NCBI GenBank assembly: GCA_963796275.1
Contig: CAWCKY010000007.1
Span: forward strand, 1-64,000
Source of the DNA: an uncultured Acidobacteriota bacterium
Lineage (GTDB): Bacteria > Acidobacteriota > Blastocatellia > RBC074
Reading direction: 5' to 3'
Length of the DNA: 64,000 nucleotides
Shown piece by piece: positions 11,396 to 21,904 of this stretch (position 1 is the stretch's first letter; every line of letters starts with the position of its first letter). The position numbers and the translations under genes are program-made. The notes under the pieces were generated by a model. The model was not told where the DNA came from. It saw only the letters and a list, made by a program, of their open reading frames with translations, and did no database searches.

Positions 11396-11580
11396 CTGCA
11401 CCTCTCTTTTGTTTTGTTGCCATTGTAAAAAAATAAAAAAATAAATACGTTCTGTTTCGCAGGAATTCTGCATGCCGCGGGGAGCGCTGTCAATTTTAAT
11501 GCAGAATTATTCGAAGCCTATGCAATACGATGACAGCATGGCCAAACCGAGTAACGAAGCACTTCTCTAGGAAAGTAGAC

Positions 11581-11636
11581 TTGGAGTATCGAACTACAGC
11601 TTGGCAGCAGGAGAAGCAGTCTGTCGGCTATCACCT
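11581..11636 (+). repeat. 56-bp copy of an internal tnpB segment (matches 3707-3762)
   Basis: 55 of 56 bases identical by direct comparison. Confidence 0.9.
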
Positions 11637-11913
11637 TCGAGTCCCTGCTGAAGAGCGCGCTGGGCTTCTCCTCCGGCGTTTTGAGGTCGTAAAGACTGTG
11701 CCATAGCGGTCACAGAAAGTTTTCCGGCACTGCCGACAGCGGTAAACAATAACTCTCTGGCCGCCCCGGATCGAATAGCGGCTGTGATAATCTAACCGCT
11801 CGGCAGGCGCGCCACAGTGCTGGCACTGCCCGGTAAGAGGTTTTGTTTGGTTCGACACAACCCAAGCTTGCCTCTTACCACTCAATCATTTCAAAGATCA
11901 GTTATGGAGTACC
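11635..11913 (-). mobile_element. Truncated IS1-family element (left end plus zinc-ribbon N-terminus), a diverged inverted copy of the element at 13392
   Basis: The reverse complement begins GGTACTCCATAACTGATCTTTGAA and encodes CQHCG...YRCRQCRKTFCDR. Confidence 0.88.
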
Positions 11914-11937
11914 AACATAACTTAGGGAGGCCAGATC

Positions 11938-13302
11938 ATGAAAAACATCATCTATTCGCTGATAACCGTTATCCTGCTGACATCGCCCCTGGTCATGATT
12001 CCTGCGGGCAGCGCTGATACCGGTAATAAAGAGAACAAAACAGTCACATTCACCAAAGACGTGGCGCCGATCTTTTTCAAGAACTGCGCCGAGTGCCATC
12101 GTCCCGGCGAAGCAGCGCCTATGTCGCTGCTGAGTTACAAAGACGCCCGGCCATGGGCGAAATCCATTCGTGAAAAAGTAGTCAATCGCGAGATGCCGCC
12201 CTGGCACGCCGATCCGCGCCACGGCGAATTTAAGAATGATCGCCGCCTGACGCAGCAGGAGATCGACACCATCGCCGCCTGGGCCGACGGCGAGGCCAAA
12301 GAAGGCGATCCGCGCGACCTGCCGCCCGCGCCTGCATTCTTCGAAGGCTGGCGTATCGGTAAGCCCGACCAGGTGCTTCGGATGCCTGAAGAGTATACGC
12401 TAGAGGCGACCGGGCCTGATGAATATCAATACTTCACGATACCGACCAACTTCTCCGAAGACCGCTATGTGCAGGCGGCGGAGGCGCGGCCCGGCAACCG
12501 CAAGATCGTTCATCACATAGTGGCTTTCATAGAACCGCCTTCCCGAAAGGCTAATGTGACAGATGGGCGGAAGCGCGACCAGGCAGAGGAGGAGTCCATT
12601 ATTTATAACGATGGATTCGTGCGAAGAGTGAAAGCCGATGCGCCGGTTCACAATGACGGCTGCCTGCTACCTAACGGTGGAGGGGGATCGTTGCGAGATG
12701 GTCAAACGCGGAATCCGCCTATGACGTTGCTGGCTAATTTTGCTCGGGGCACTCAAGCCGATGTCTGGGGTAATGGTGTGGTCAAGCGGATTCCTGCCGG
12801 GGCAAACATTATTTTACAGGTCCATTACTCGAAAGCTGCGGGAAGCGTCCAGCAGGATCGTTCGAGCCTCGGTCTGATCTTCGCCAAAGAACCGCATTCC
12901 AGGTTGCAGACTACTGAGTTGGTCTACAACGCTTACATTCAGATTCCGCCGGGCGCCGAGCGTCACAAGGCCGCGGCCTGCTGGACTGCGCCCGATGACA
13001 TTCAATTAACAGCAATCGTGCCGCACATGCATTTTCGCGGAGCGGCAATGGAGGTCAAGGCCGTCTATCCGGATGCAGGCACGGCAATGCTGCTCAATGT
13101 GCCGAAGTATGATTTCTCATGGCAGACCAAGTATTCCCTGAAGCAGCCTCTCGCAATTCCGAAGGGAACCATGTTCGTGGTTACGGGCTACTTCGATAAT
13201 TCGGCGAAGAACAAATACAACCCCGACCCGTCCAAGGCCATTCGTTATGGTGATCCGACTTATGACGAGATGCTGGCTTGCTTTCTCGAATATACCCGCT
13301 AA
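11938..13302 (+). CDS. Secreted cytochrome c plus copper monooxygenase-like (PHM/DBH fold) protein
   Basis: Signal peptide, CAECH heme motif, MPPW, IVHHI, PHMHFRG, YDFSWQ, TYDEM. Confidence 0.8.
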   Translation: MKNIIYSLITVILLTSPLVMIPAGSADTGNKENKTVTFTKDVAPIFFKNCAECHRPGEAAPMSLLSYKDARPWAKSIREKVVNREMPPWHADPRHGEFKNDRRLTQQEIDTIAAWADGEAKEGDPRDLPPAPAFFEGWRIGKPDQVLRMPEEYTLEATGPDEYQYFTIPTNFSEDRYVQAAEARPGNRKIVHHIVAFIEPPSRKANVTDGRKRDQAEEESIIYNDGFVRRVKADAPVHNDGCLLPNGGGGSLRDGQTRNPPMTLLANFARGTQADVWGNGVVKRIPAGANIILQVHYSKAAGSVQQDRSSLGLIFAKEPHSRLQTTELVYNAYIQIPPGAERHKAAACWTAPDDIQLTAIVPHMHFRGAAMEVKAVYPDAGTAMLLNVPKYDFSWQTKYSLKQPLAIPKGTMFVVTGYFDNSAKNKYNPDPSKAIRYGDPTYDEMLACFLEYTR

Positions 13303-13391
13303 ACCGAAGCACACAAGCTTGAGACACAATAATCTATCCACGGGAAACACGGGAACACGGGGAAGAACAAAAAACGAAAATTCAGTAGGGC

Positions 13392-14524
13392 GGTACTCCG
13401 TAGCTGATCTTTGAAATTGTTGAGCGGTAAGAGGCAAGCTTGGGTTGTGTCGAACCAAACAAAACAAAACCTCTTACCGGGCAGTGCCCGCACTGTGGCG
13501 CGCCTGCTTGGTGCTTAGCCTATCACAGCCGCTACAGGTTGCGGAGCGGTCAGCTTGTCTTAGTCTTCCGCTGCCGTCAGTGTCGGAAGACTTTCTGCGA
13601 CCGCATTGGAACGGCCTTCTACGACCTTAAGACGCCGGAAGAGAAGGTTCAGCGCGCCATCCAGAAAGGGCTCGAAGGATTGTGCCCGGAGGCGGTTGCC
13701 CGCGTCGAAGGCGTTCATCCGACCACCGTTCAACGGTGGATTGATCGCGCCTGTTTGCAAGCCAAAGCCGCCGACCAGCAAGTCATTACAGGCGTTTTGA
13801 CTCAGAACGTCGAACTGGATGAACTCTACAGCTTCGCTGGCGAGAAGCATCCCGACGAGCAAGAAAGCGACCTGGAAGAGGTCGGCCAGCATTGGACGCA
13901 CATCGCAATGGCGCGCGAATCGCGCCTGATGCTCGAAGTCGTCGTTGGCCCACGTACGCAAGAATCGGCCTACGAAACTGGTAGAGGGCGCAGCCAACCG
14001 ACTCTCCCCTGATTGCTGGCCATTGTGGTCAAGCGATGGATGGGAGCTATACCTGTTCGCGTTGACACTCGTCTTTGCCGTCTTGATCCACTTCATCAAA
14101 GGCAAGGGGCGGGCCGTCCGAAAGATCCACAGGTCGTGCCTGACCCGCGAGTGCGTTACGGGCAAGTTATCAAACAGCGTGCGGGTCGGCGTTTGGTATC
14201 AGTGACTCGACGAGTGATTTTCGGCATAGAAGAACTGATCCCGCTCAAGCAAATTTCGACCTCGCTCTTGGAACGGCTCAACGGGACAATTCGGCAGCAA
14301 GTCGCGCCGCTGCATCGCAAGACGCGCAGTTTCGCGAAGTGTCGGACGGGGCTTGATACGCAGACGCAGCTTTTCAAGAGCTATTACAATCTGTGCCGGA
14401 AACACGGCACGTTGAAGGGGAAGACGCCAGCGCAAGCGGCTGGCCTGAGCGACCACTGCTGGACGCTCAGGGAACTACTAACCTTCAACGCTGCAATTAC
14501 TTCAAAGATCACATAGGGAGTACC
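13392..14524 (+). mobile_element. IS1-family insertion sequence (1133 bp) with about 24-bp terminal inverted repeats
   Basis: Left end GGTACTCCGTAGCTGATCTTTGAA; right end (reverse complement) GGTACTCCCTATGTGATCTTTGAA. No target-site duplication seen. Confidence 0.88.
13440..14516 (+). CDS. IS1-family DDE transposase (frameshifts near 13970 and 14115)
   Basis: Zinc ribbon CPHC/CRQC, HTH (VARVEGVHPTTVQRW), ELDELYSF, SDGW, ERLNGTIRQ, TPAQAAG. Confidence 0.88.
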
Positions 14525-14611
14525 AAAAATTTTATCCCCGACTGATTCCCAGCCGCATTATTTCGATATGTGCAAACCGGAGCTAGCAAGCTCGCTTTAT
14601 CCGCGAGAGTT

Positions 14612-17600
14612 TTACTTTTGCCTTCTGGTTTCTGCTGCGCCATTCAAATCTCTCCACTCTCCCGACAGAATGAAAGCTGCCCAGTAGAACGGATGCCGCC
14701 TGTATTTGCTCCGCAGCATCTCCAACTGCACCTGCCTCAATCCTTCACCTCGTCCCTCTCCTTGTTGGAGGGCCTTGTAATATTTGCTCATCAAGTCCTT
14801 GGTCCCATTATCCAGCACTGACCACAGGCTCATTAACTGGCTTTCCGATCCAGCCAATACAAGCGCGCGCCGCATGCCCTGTACGCCCTCGCCGTTCTTA
14901 ACCTCTCCTACTCCCGTATCGCAGGCAGAAAGCACCACCAGTTTGGTCCCCCACAAATCCATTCCAGCCATTTCCAGCGCTGTCAAAAGTCCGTCGTCAT
15001 CTCCGCTCTGATTCCGATTAGCTCCCGCCAGGGCCAGACCTGAACGGAGTAAGGGGTTTTTGATATGCGCCGCCCATTTGCTGAGCCTCAGATCAGATAT
15101 GCGCCACGGGTCATCAGTCAGGATATCCTGTGTTTCTGCCGGAGGGGTTTCCTGATCGCTGAGAAAGAATCCGTGCGTAGCGATATGCAGAATGCCAGGC
15201 GCCCTGGCCCGCTTAAGCGCCGTCTCGGTAGCTTGTTCTCGCAGGAGGAGCGATGCATCCGGCAAGACATCTTTTACGGCCTGAGCTTCAGCCTTGGTAC
15301 CCGGCAGGGGTGAGAAAAAGACCTCTGTCGGATCGATTTGGGTCTCCCCCTGTTTGCCATCCTGCGATATTTCTGAATTCTTTTCCCGCAAGGCGACGGT
15401 CGCAACAGGGCCGAAGTCCGGATTGGCAACCACGAGCGGAGCGCTCTTACTCGGTTGTGTTGTTTGCAATTGCAGCAGGTCGCGACCGCTCGTCAGATAG
15501 CTGATGGAGTAACGCTCGACCAGATACCGATTACGTTCATCGACGAGAGCGGCAAAAGGGATGAGGTTGAGCGAGCCATCGGGCGCAATCAAGAGGCGGT
15601 GCGTTTGGAGCGGCATTGCGCGCAGGAGTGAGCGTACCGACCGCATGACTTTGTCATCGAGGGTGCGAGCGAGGCGTTTGACATCTGGCCGATTTGGATC
15701 GCGGAGCGATTTGCGCCAGTCAGCTATGGCGCGGTCGATAGGCGCAGCTTCACCGAGATCAATGAACTTCGGCTGGCCTTCCGGCGCGAGCATGTAGACG
15801 AGGTAGCGAGGCGGCTGGCTATTTCCAGTCCGAAGCTCATACGGAATGAAGATGGCAAACTCAATCAGGGCGCAGCCTGTGGGAAGAGCGGCTTGGATGG
15901 CGGAGAGCGTGACGGGTTGTGATTGCGCGCGAAACTCGGCGCTGCGACTGCTCAGTTCTGCCTCAAGTTTCTCGACTTTTTCCTCAAGCGGTTTGAGACG
16001 CGATTGATAGGTATAAGGGTCGGGCGCGCTTGAATCTCTCAGTGTGCGAGATGCCAACTGTGAGCGGGCTTCAGCCAGTCTATCGAAGAGTACCAAATTC
16101 TCGGGGGTTGCTTGGCGACGAAGGGTTGCTATTGTATCGGTCATCGCATCGAGCCCGCGACCTTTCCGGCGCAATACTGTTGTGAAGGCCAGATTGAGCG
16201 CCTGCGGATCTGCGGGAGCACCTTGACTGTGAAGCGATAGCGTGAAATTGGTATCTCTTGAAAAGAGCGCTAGGTAAGTAAGCTTCTGACGTTCGGAGCC
16301 GGCCTTTAGATTGCGTGCGAGAATTCGTTCCCTGATGGAATTTACACGTGACTGAGCCGTAATGGCTTGATGGATATCACCTTTTGCAGCGTAATGGACG
16401 GCAAGAGTGTTGAGTATGCCGGCGACACTGTCGTTCTCCGGCCCAAACATTTTCTCATATATGCCCAGAGCCCGCCGAACGAATGGCTCCGCTTTCGCAT
16501 ACTCGCCACTGTCGTAATAGAAGTGCGCGAAATTTTCCAGAGGTTGGGTGATATGGTAGTTTTCCGGCCCCAGCACTTTCTCCCAGATGTCGAGAGCGCG
16601 GCGATAGAGCTGCTCTGCCTTTGCATAATCACCTTTACTCCTGCGGTATATGGCAGCGAGTCCGTCGAGAGCGCTGGTGAGATTCGGGTGTTCAGGCCCC
16701 AGAGTTTTCTCCCAGATAATAAGTGCGCGTTGATATAGCGGTTCGGCCTGCTTGACATCGTCTCGGTCGCGGTAATAGTCGGCCAAATCGCTGAGAGCTT
16801 GAGCGACAGCAGGGTCTTCCGGCCCCAGCTTCTTCTCAATTACGGTTAGCGCGTGTTGATAGAGGGACTCAGCCTTCGCATACTCGCCTGTTCGCTTGTA
16901 TAGGGATCCGAGATAGTTGAGGACGATAGTGGCATTGGAGTATTCAGGCCCCATGGTCCTCTCCAGGATGGTTTGTGCTTGTTGAAACAACGGTTCTGCT
17001 TTCGCATAGTCACCTCTCGTCTCGTGGATGAGGGCGAGATCGGTGAGACAGGCGGCTACATCGGGATGATCGATCCCGAATGATTTCCGATAGATGGTCA
17101 GCGCCTGTTGATAGAGCTGTTCTGCCTTTGCGTAGTCTTCTTCGTTGTTAAGGTAATGAGCGGCTTGTAAACTAATAATTGCCGCGACAGCTGGATGATC
17201 TGGACCTAATATCCCCTCGCGTATCTCTCGCACACGTACGGTTAAGGCGAATGCTTCATTATTCTTACCATTGCGATTGAGCCGGCCGATCTCTGCAGAT
17301 AGCTTGCGCGCTTCATAAAGAGCACTATCATCCGCTGTCGCCGCACGCACCTCTTCAATCCTGATCACATAGCTTCGCGTGGCGGCTCTCCTTTGTCTGG
17401 GTTGAACTGTCAGGCGATAATCTCCCGCTACTTCAGCCACATATTCCACTTTCTCCGTACCCAGCCTTCTGATTTCAGAATTGAATCGCATGACTTCCTT
17501 GCTGTCCGTTCTCGACACCTGCACCACAACATCGATGCCACGCTGCTCAACAGATAACCGGAGATATTGACCGGCGTCGAGTGTGATCGTGTAGCTGTGA

Positions 17601-17842
17601 GACTGGCCTCCGGCCAACTCTCGTTCTATCGCTTTGCCCGGTTCGAGCTGTCGAGCCTGCGTATCTTCCTGCGCCGGACTGGCCACGCCTGCGAAATGCC
17701 CCGCTCTGCTGCCAGCGTGGGGCATAGAGGGAGAAGCTTGAATCTGAACGAGGAGCATGCTGATGGGTAGTATAAAATTGCAATAGAAGAAAAATGGGCG
17801 ATACATACTTTGAACTGAGCTTAGGAAAACCGGCTGAGACAT
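14612..17842 (-). CDS. TPR-repeat CHAT-domain (caspase-like) protease with N-terminal PPC-like domain
   Basis: About eight kinesin-light-chain-type TPRs (LGPEHP...YAKAEPLY). Catalytic motifs LHIATHGF and LSACDTG are intact; HPFYWAAF near the C-terminus. Confidence 0.93.
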   Translation of the reverse strand: MSQPVFLSSVQSMYRPFFFYCNFILPISMLLVQIQASPSMPHAGSRAGHFAGVASPAQEDTQARQLEPGKAIERELAGGQSHSYTITLDAGQYLRLSVEQRGIDVVVQVSRTDSKEVMRFNSEIRRLGTEKVEYVAEVAGDYRLTVQPRQRRAATRSYVIRIEEVRAATADDSALYEARKLSAEIGRLNRNGKNNEAFALTVRVREIREGILGPDHPAVAAIISLQAAHYLNNEEDYAKAEQLYQQALTIYRKSFGIDHPDVAACLTDLALIHETRGDYAKAEPLFQQAQTILERTMGPEYSNATIVLNYLGSLYKRTGEYAKAESLYQHALTVIEKKLGPEDPAVAQALSDLADYYRDRDDVKQAEPLYQRALIIWEKTLGPEHPNLTSALDGLAAIYRRSKGDYAKAEQLYRRALDIWEKVLGPENYHITQPLENFAHFYYDSGEYAKAEPFVRRALGIYEKMFGPENDSVAGILNTLAVHYAAKGDIHQAITAQSRVNSIRERILARNLKAGSERQKLTYLALFSRDTNFTLSLHSQGAPADPQALNLAFTTVLRRKGRGLDAMTDTIATLRRQATPENLVLFDRLAEARSQLASRTLRDSSAPDPYTYQSRLKPLEEKVEKLEAELSSRSAEFRAQSQPVTLSAIQAALPTGCALIEFAIFIPYELRTGNSQPPRYLVYMLAPEGQPKFIDLGEAAPIDRAIADWRKSLRDPNRPDVKRLARTLDDKVMRSVRSLLRAMPLQTHRLLIAPDGSLNLIPFAALVDERNRYLVERYSISYLTSGRDLLQLQTTQPSKSAPLVVANPDFGPVATVALREKNSEISQDGKQGETQIDPTEVFFSPLPGTKAEAQAVKDVLPDASLLLREQATETALKRARAPGILHIATHGFFLSDQETPPAETQDILTDDPWRISDLRLSKWAAHIKNPLLRSGLALAGANRNQSGDDDGLLTALEMAGMDLWGTKLVVLSACDTGVGEVKNGEGVQGMRRALVLAGSESQLMSLWSVLDNGTKDLMSKYYKALQQGEGRGEGLRQVQLEMLRSKYRRHPFYWAAFILSGEWRDLNGAAETRRQK

Positions 17843-18152
17843 TAAGATATCTCCGTCGAGGGTAATAATGGCCTGGTTAACTCGGGGGATTGTGATAACC
17901 AGACTGAGCGGCTAAACGAGCGGGGAAGATTATCACAGATTATGACAATTCGGTATATGTATGAGCACTGAGTCATCGGTGAAGGGCAGGGGGATAATGT
18001 CGGGATGATATTCAGAGGTGGTGGAGCCTTTTTGCAAGTGTGTACCACGCAAACACTCACGGACGAAAACTTCAACTTGCCGGCGACCGCAACGGGAATG
18101 TTACTTTTGGGGCGCCAGTGGTTTGTAGCAAATTATGAACTTACAAAAATGG

Positions 18153-20579
18153 TTAATAGGTGTTGAATATGAACTCCAGGTTGCCGCGAACACTGACCGG
18201 CTTACCGTTCTGAACAGCCGGCTGAAAGCGAATCTTCTGCGCAGCTTCGATCGCTTTCACTGTCAAGCCGTAAGGCAAGCCTCTAACGACGCGGATGTCG
18301 CTAATACTCCCATCAGCAGTGAAGACGACGTTGAGAATTACTGTTCCTCGAATTTTATTCTGTCGCGCCTCTTCGGTGTATTTGGCCTTCTCTATGTTGA
18401 TTTTTGTTGGCTTGAGGCTAGCGGTCATAGGCAGAATGCTTCCGTCGCCACCTAATCCCATATCTTTACCACCGCCCTTTCCCCCAGGACCAGGATCAGG
18501 ACTGCCGCCATTATTACTGCTGACTTTTCCTCCAGGATCGTGATCGGGATTGCCTCCCTTGCTATCGCTCACCTTTCCTCCGGGACCAGGATCGAGACTG
18601 CCTCCCATATTACGGTCGACCTTTCCTCCAGGATCAGGACCGGGACTGCCTCCCTTATTACTATCCGTCTTTCCTCCCGAATCAGGATCAAGACTGCCTA
18701 CCTTGACACCGCTGGTCTTTCCTCCAGGACCACGATCAAGACTGCCGCCCTTGCTACCACTAACCTTCCCTCCGGGATCAGGACCAAGACTACCACCGTC
18801 GCGACCACCACTATCAGGAGTAGAATCATTCTGATATGAAGTTGCTACGCTTTCTCCCTGGCTTGGATAATCACTACTTCCTCCCATCATCCATAGCGCA
18901 GCAAATAAGCCTATTGATACAATTCCTGCTAAAGCAGCGATTACAGTTATTCCCTTCTTACTCAATTGTATGCCGGTAGTAAGCGTGAAGAACGGCTCTT
19001 CTCTCTTTTTATTTTCATTCGGGATGGACTCAGGATTAGGCGCAGTAGTTTCAGGCGCATGTATTGGTTCCGGTTTGGTACTATAGAGTTCATCCGATTC
19101 ATTGCTCTCTGCAACGACGCCAGCGATCACTTTCCGATCGGCGGCTTTGGCCTGCACACCGGTGCGTTCAATCCAGCGATTCGACAGCGCCCTCGCCAGC
19201 GCTCCCATTGTCCGCTTCGCAAATTCCAATAGATCGCGTTGAGGGCGTATATCCAGCTGCAACGGAGCATAGGCCTGTTTCCAAACCTCGACTTCAACAA
19301 GCGATTCGGCGGGAAGATATTTGGGGTGTGCGATCCTGATGGTATATGAACCGGCATCGATCGATTCGATATATAGTCTACCGTTCTGGTCGGCATTTCC
19401 AGCTGGCTTACCAGCAATCTCTACGTCTGCGTTCGGCACATTGCAGGAAACAATCAATTCACCTACCTGTTTGCGATCGAGCTTGGCGACGACGGTCAAC
19501 TCCTCGTTGGGCTGGAGTTCCACCGATCTGTTCAAGGGAACATAGCGTGGTGATTCAACCTCGATCAGATATTGGCGCGGCGTCATGTTTTTCTTACCCC
19601 ACCATCCGTCTTCTCCTATCCGTCCTTCATGTTTGCTGTTCAGATATATCTCGGCCTGCGATAAGACCGCACCGCTGGTGGCGTCGAAGCATTGCACCAC
19701 CAGCTCGCTCATAGGGATGTTGGCCGCCTGCCGGAAGGCGCGCGCCAGATCGATAGAGGTCGGAAAGCGATCGAGCGGTTTTTTAGCTATCGCCTTCAAA
19801 ACGACATCCTCGATCGCCTGGGGGATATCCGGGCGGATCTCACGCAGTGGACGAGGCAGGATCGATCGGTGCATATCCATCACCTGCCCCTCGCTATCGG
19901 CCTCAAATGGAACCTGACCGGTCAGCAATTGGTAGAGAATGATGCCGAGACTGTATATATCGGCGCTCTGGTCAATTGGGCTGTGAGCGATGGTCTGCTC
20001 CGGCGAGATGTAATAGGATGTCCCAGCGACGCGCGTATTTGTTCCGATGTTAGTGCTGAGCACCTTCGCGATACCGAAATCCAGGATGCGAATGGTCTCA
20101 TCCCCGTTCTCCTCCCGGACGAGCATTATGTTGCTCGGTTTCAGGTCCCGGTGAATGATCCATTTCCTGTGAGCGTAAGCCACGGCATCGGCAATCTGTT
20201 CGAGCAGTTCGATCACGCGTTGAAGCGGAGGGGAACCGTTCGCTTTCAGCTCCTCAGCGAGCGTGCGCCCGTCGAGCCATTCCATCACCATGTACGCTGA
20301 ACCGTCGGGGGTGTAATCGGCGCTGAGGACCTTGATGATCATGGGATGGCGAAGCGCGACGGTCTTGGTGGCCTCCTCGAAGAAGAACCCGACGCCTTCT
20401 TCATTACTGATGGTCAGATCCGGCCTCAGTATCTTGATAGCGACTATGGCTTTGGTGATCTCGTGCTGTGCACGGTAGACGACGCCCATACCACCGATTC
20501 CCACCAGCTCCTGAATCTCATACCGCTCCAGGATAGTGCCGACAAGTTTGTATGGATCGCGTTTCAACTGTGAGTTCAT
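18153..20579 (-). CDS. Hanks-type Ser/Thr kinase with PEGA-like domains, a TM helix, a Gly/Pro repeat linker and a TonB C-terminal domain
   Basis: GIGGMGVVY, HRDLKPSN, DFG, SPE. TM segment ITVIAALAGIVSIGLFAALW. C-terminal YTEEAR...GTVILNVVF...AIEAAQKIRFQPA. Confidence 0.92.
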   Translation of the reverse strand: MNSQLKRDPYKLVGTILERYEIQELVGIGGMGVVYRAQHEITKAIVAIKILRPDLTISNEEGVGFFFEEATKTVALRHPMIIKVLSADYTPDGSAYMVMEWLDGRTLAEELKANGSPPLQRVIELLEQIADAVAYAHRKWIIHRDLKPSNIMLVREENGDETIRILDFGIAKVLSTNIGTNTRVAGTSYYISPEQTIAHSPIDQSADIYSLGIILYQLLTGQVPFEADSEGQVMDMHRSILPRPLREIRPDIPQAIEDVVLKAIAKKPLDRFPTSIDLARAFRQAANIPMSELVVQCFDATSGAVLSQAEIYLNSKHEGRIGEDGWWGKKNMTPRQYLIEVESPRYVPLNRSVELQPNEELTVVAKLDRKQVGELIVSCNVPNADVEIAGKPAGNADQNGRLYIESIDAGSYTIRIAHPKYLPAESLVEVEVWKQAYAPLQLDIRPQRDLLEFAKRTMGALARALSNRWIERTGVQAKAADRKVIAGVVAESNESDELYSTKPEPIHAPETTAPNPESIPNENKKREEPFFTLTTGIQLSKKGITVIAALAGIVSIGLFAALWMMGGSSDYPSQGESVATSYQNDSTPDSGGRDGGSLGPDPGGKVSGSKGGSLDRGPGGKTSGVKVGSLDPDSGGKTDSNKGGSPGPDPGGKVDRNMGGSLDPGPGGKVSDSKGGNPDHDPGGKVSSNNGGSPDPGPGGKGGGKDMGLGGDGSILPMTASLKPTKINIEKAKYTEEARQNKIRGTVILNVVFTADGSISDIRVVRGLPYGLTVKAIEAAQKIRFQPAVQNGKPVSVRGNLEFIFNTY
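18475..18820 (-). repeat. Coding tandem repeat, 48 bp (16 aa) x6 plus partial units
   Basis: Units such as PDPGGKVSGSKGGSLD and PGPGGKVSDSKGGNPD; the cctcc anchor recurs every 48 bp. Confidence 0.9.
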
Positions 20580-20817
20580 AAACCAACACCCTCAGGGAAT
20601 CAAGTGTAATTGCATCTCAATCAGATAAGAGAGGCGGAGAGGGCTGAGCCAGTATGCCATGGAAATACAAACATATGCGCAAGCGCCAGAACAGAGCATG
20701 AGGGTGGGGCTAGGAGATATATGTTTCTTATCCCCTTAGCCCGCCCTCCAACTCAAACGCTGGACGGTAGTTGGGTGAACATCTTCAAAGCAAGCCACTG
20801 CCTCGGTCCCTCACTGG

Positions 20818-21465
20818 TTATCTGGTCTGCTTCTCGATCTGATGCCGAAAATATCCCTTCCAACTCTCCGGTAATGCCTCCACGCTTATGGCCTGCTGTA
20901 GCGTCCCCAGATCATCCTTCTCAAATGCATAGATGCGGGTGATATCAGCCACGCTGATTTCTTGCTGGTCTCGACCGATTAGCTCTAACGGATATTCAGC
21001 CGTAGCGATACCTTCCTTAGTCACTGCAAGGTAGAAGCCAGTGCGCCGGCTCGCCAGAAATTTCTTCACCATGTCTGGACGGCTAAACCGTATGCCGAGC
21101 TTGTAGCACGGGAGTCGCGGTTGAGTCACAGCCAACTCAACCGCGCCAATTCTATATCGGTCACCGATATAGACCGAATCTTCTCGCAACCCCTCGATCG
21201 TGAAGTTCTCACCGAACATCCCCCACGGCAAATCGACGCCTGGCAGTTCGCCACGCCAGTAGTCATAGTGTTCTGCCGGGTAGGCATAGATCGCCTTGTC
21301 GATCCCGCCGTGTACAGACATATCCGCCTGTTGATCACCGTCCGCGTTCAAAGTTCGCACCATTACCGGACTCGTGATGGGCTGCTTGAATATCCCTGTC
21401 GTGACAAGTTTGCCACCCCAGGCGATCTCACGGGGCAATCCTACATTTATCGACACGAGCTTCAT
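20818..21465 (-). CDS. MOSC-domain protein (YiiM-like)
   Basis: GDQQAD..VHGG.DKAIY, FGENFT, QPRLPCYKL, RTGFY, C-terminal 3-alpha region. Confidence 0.92.
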   Translation of the reverse strand: MKLVSINVGLPREIAWGGKLVTTGIFKQPITSPVMVRTLNADGDQQADMSVHGGIDKAIYAYPAEHYDYWRGELPGVDLPWGMFGENFTIEGLREDSVYIGDRYRIGAVELAVTQPRLPCYKLGIRFSRPDMVKKFLASRRTGFYLAVTKEGIATAEYPLELIGRDQQEISVADITRIYAFEKDDLGTLQQAISVEALPESWKGYFRHQIEKQTR

Positions 21466-21904
21466 AAGTTAGAATCCTACCTACCGGAACACATGATCTC
21501 AAGCTCGTCGAACGACCAATCTGCTCGCGAATGATACGAACACCCGTTTTGATCCGGCTCTGCGGATCGATGGTCTACCCCGGAAATTCTCAGCCGATAC
21601 TAAAGCATCTTCGATGCTACCCTATATTTTGTCCGAAACTCGCTGTCGCCGATTTTTCGCCTCCTGACAAACATTATGGCATCTCATGGCGGAAGCAAAA
21701 ATCCGGCCATCCAGCTCGCCTCATCTCAGGAGGTGTTTTTGCTATGGACAGGCATATGTTCTTCTTCAAGAACTTCCCCTTCTTCAGAGAGAGAGCTAAA
21801 CTGCAATCCGTCCCGGCGAATTGAAGACCAAAAACAATCACTCACGCTGCGCGCATTCACGTTTAGTATTGCTACGAAACAAGAAAACAGATAGGAGGCG
21901 TCGA

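Noticed and set aside
13960-14130. Programmed ribosomal frameshift in the IS1 transposase
   Set aside because: Two shifts are needed, both inside the DDE domain, and no A6C slippery site is seen. Error or decay is more likely.
18475-18820. Regularly spaced repeats as a possible CRISPR array
   Set aside because: The 48-bp in-frame units are degenerate, lie inside the kinase gene, have no unique spacers, and no cas genes are present.
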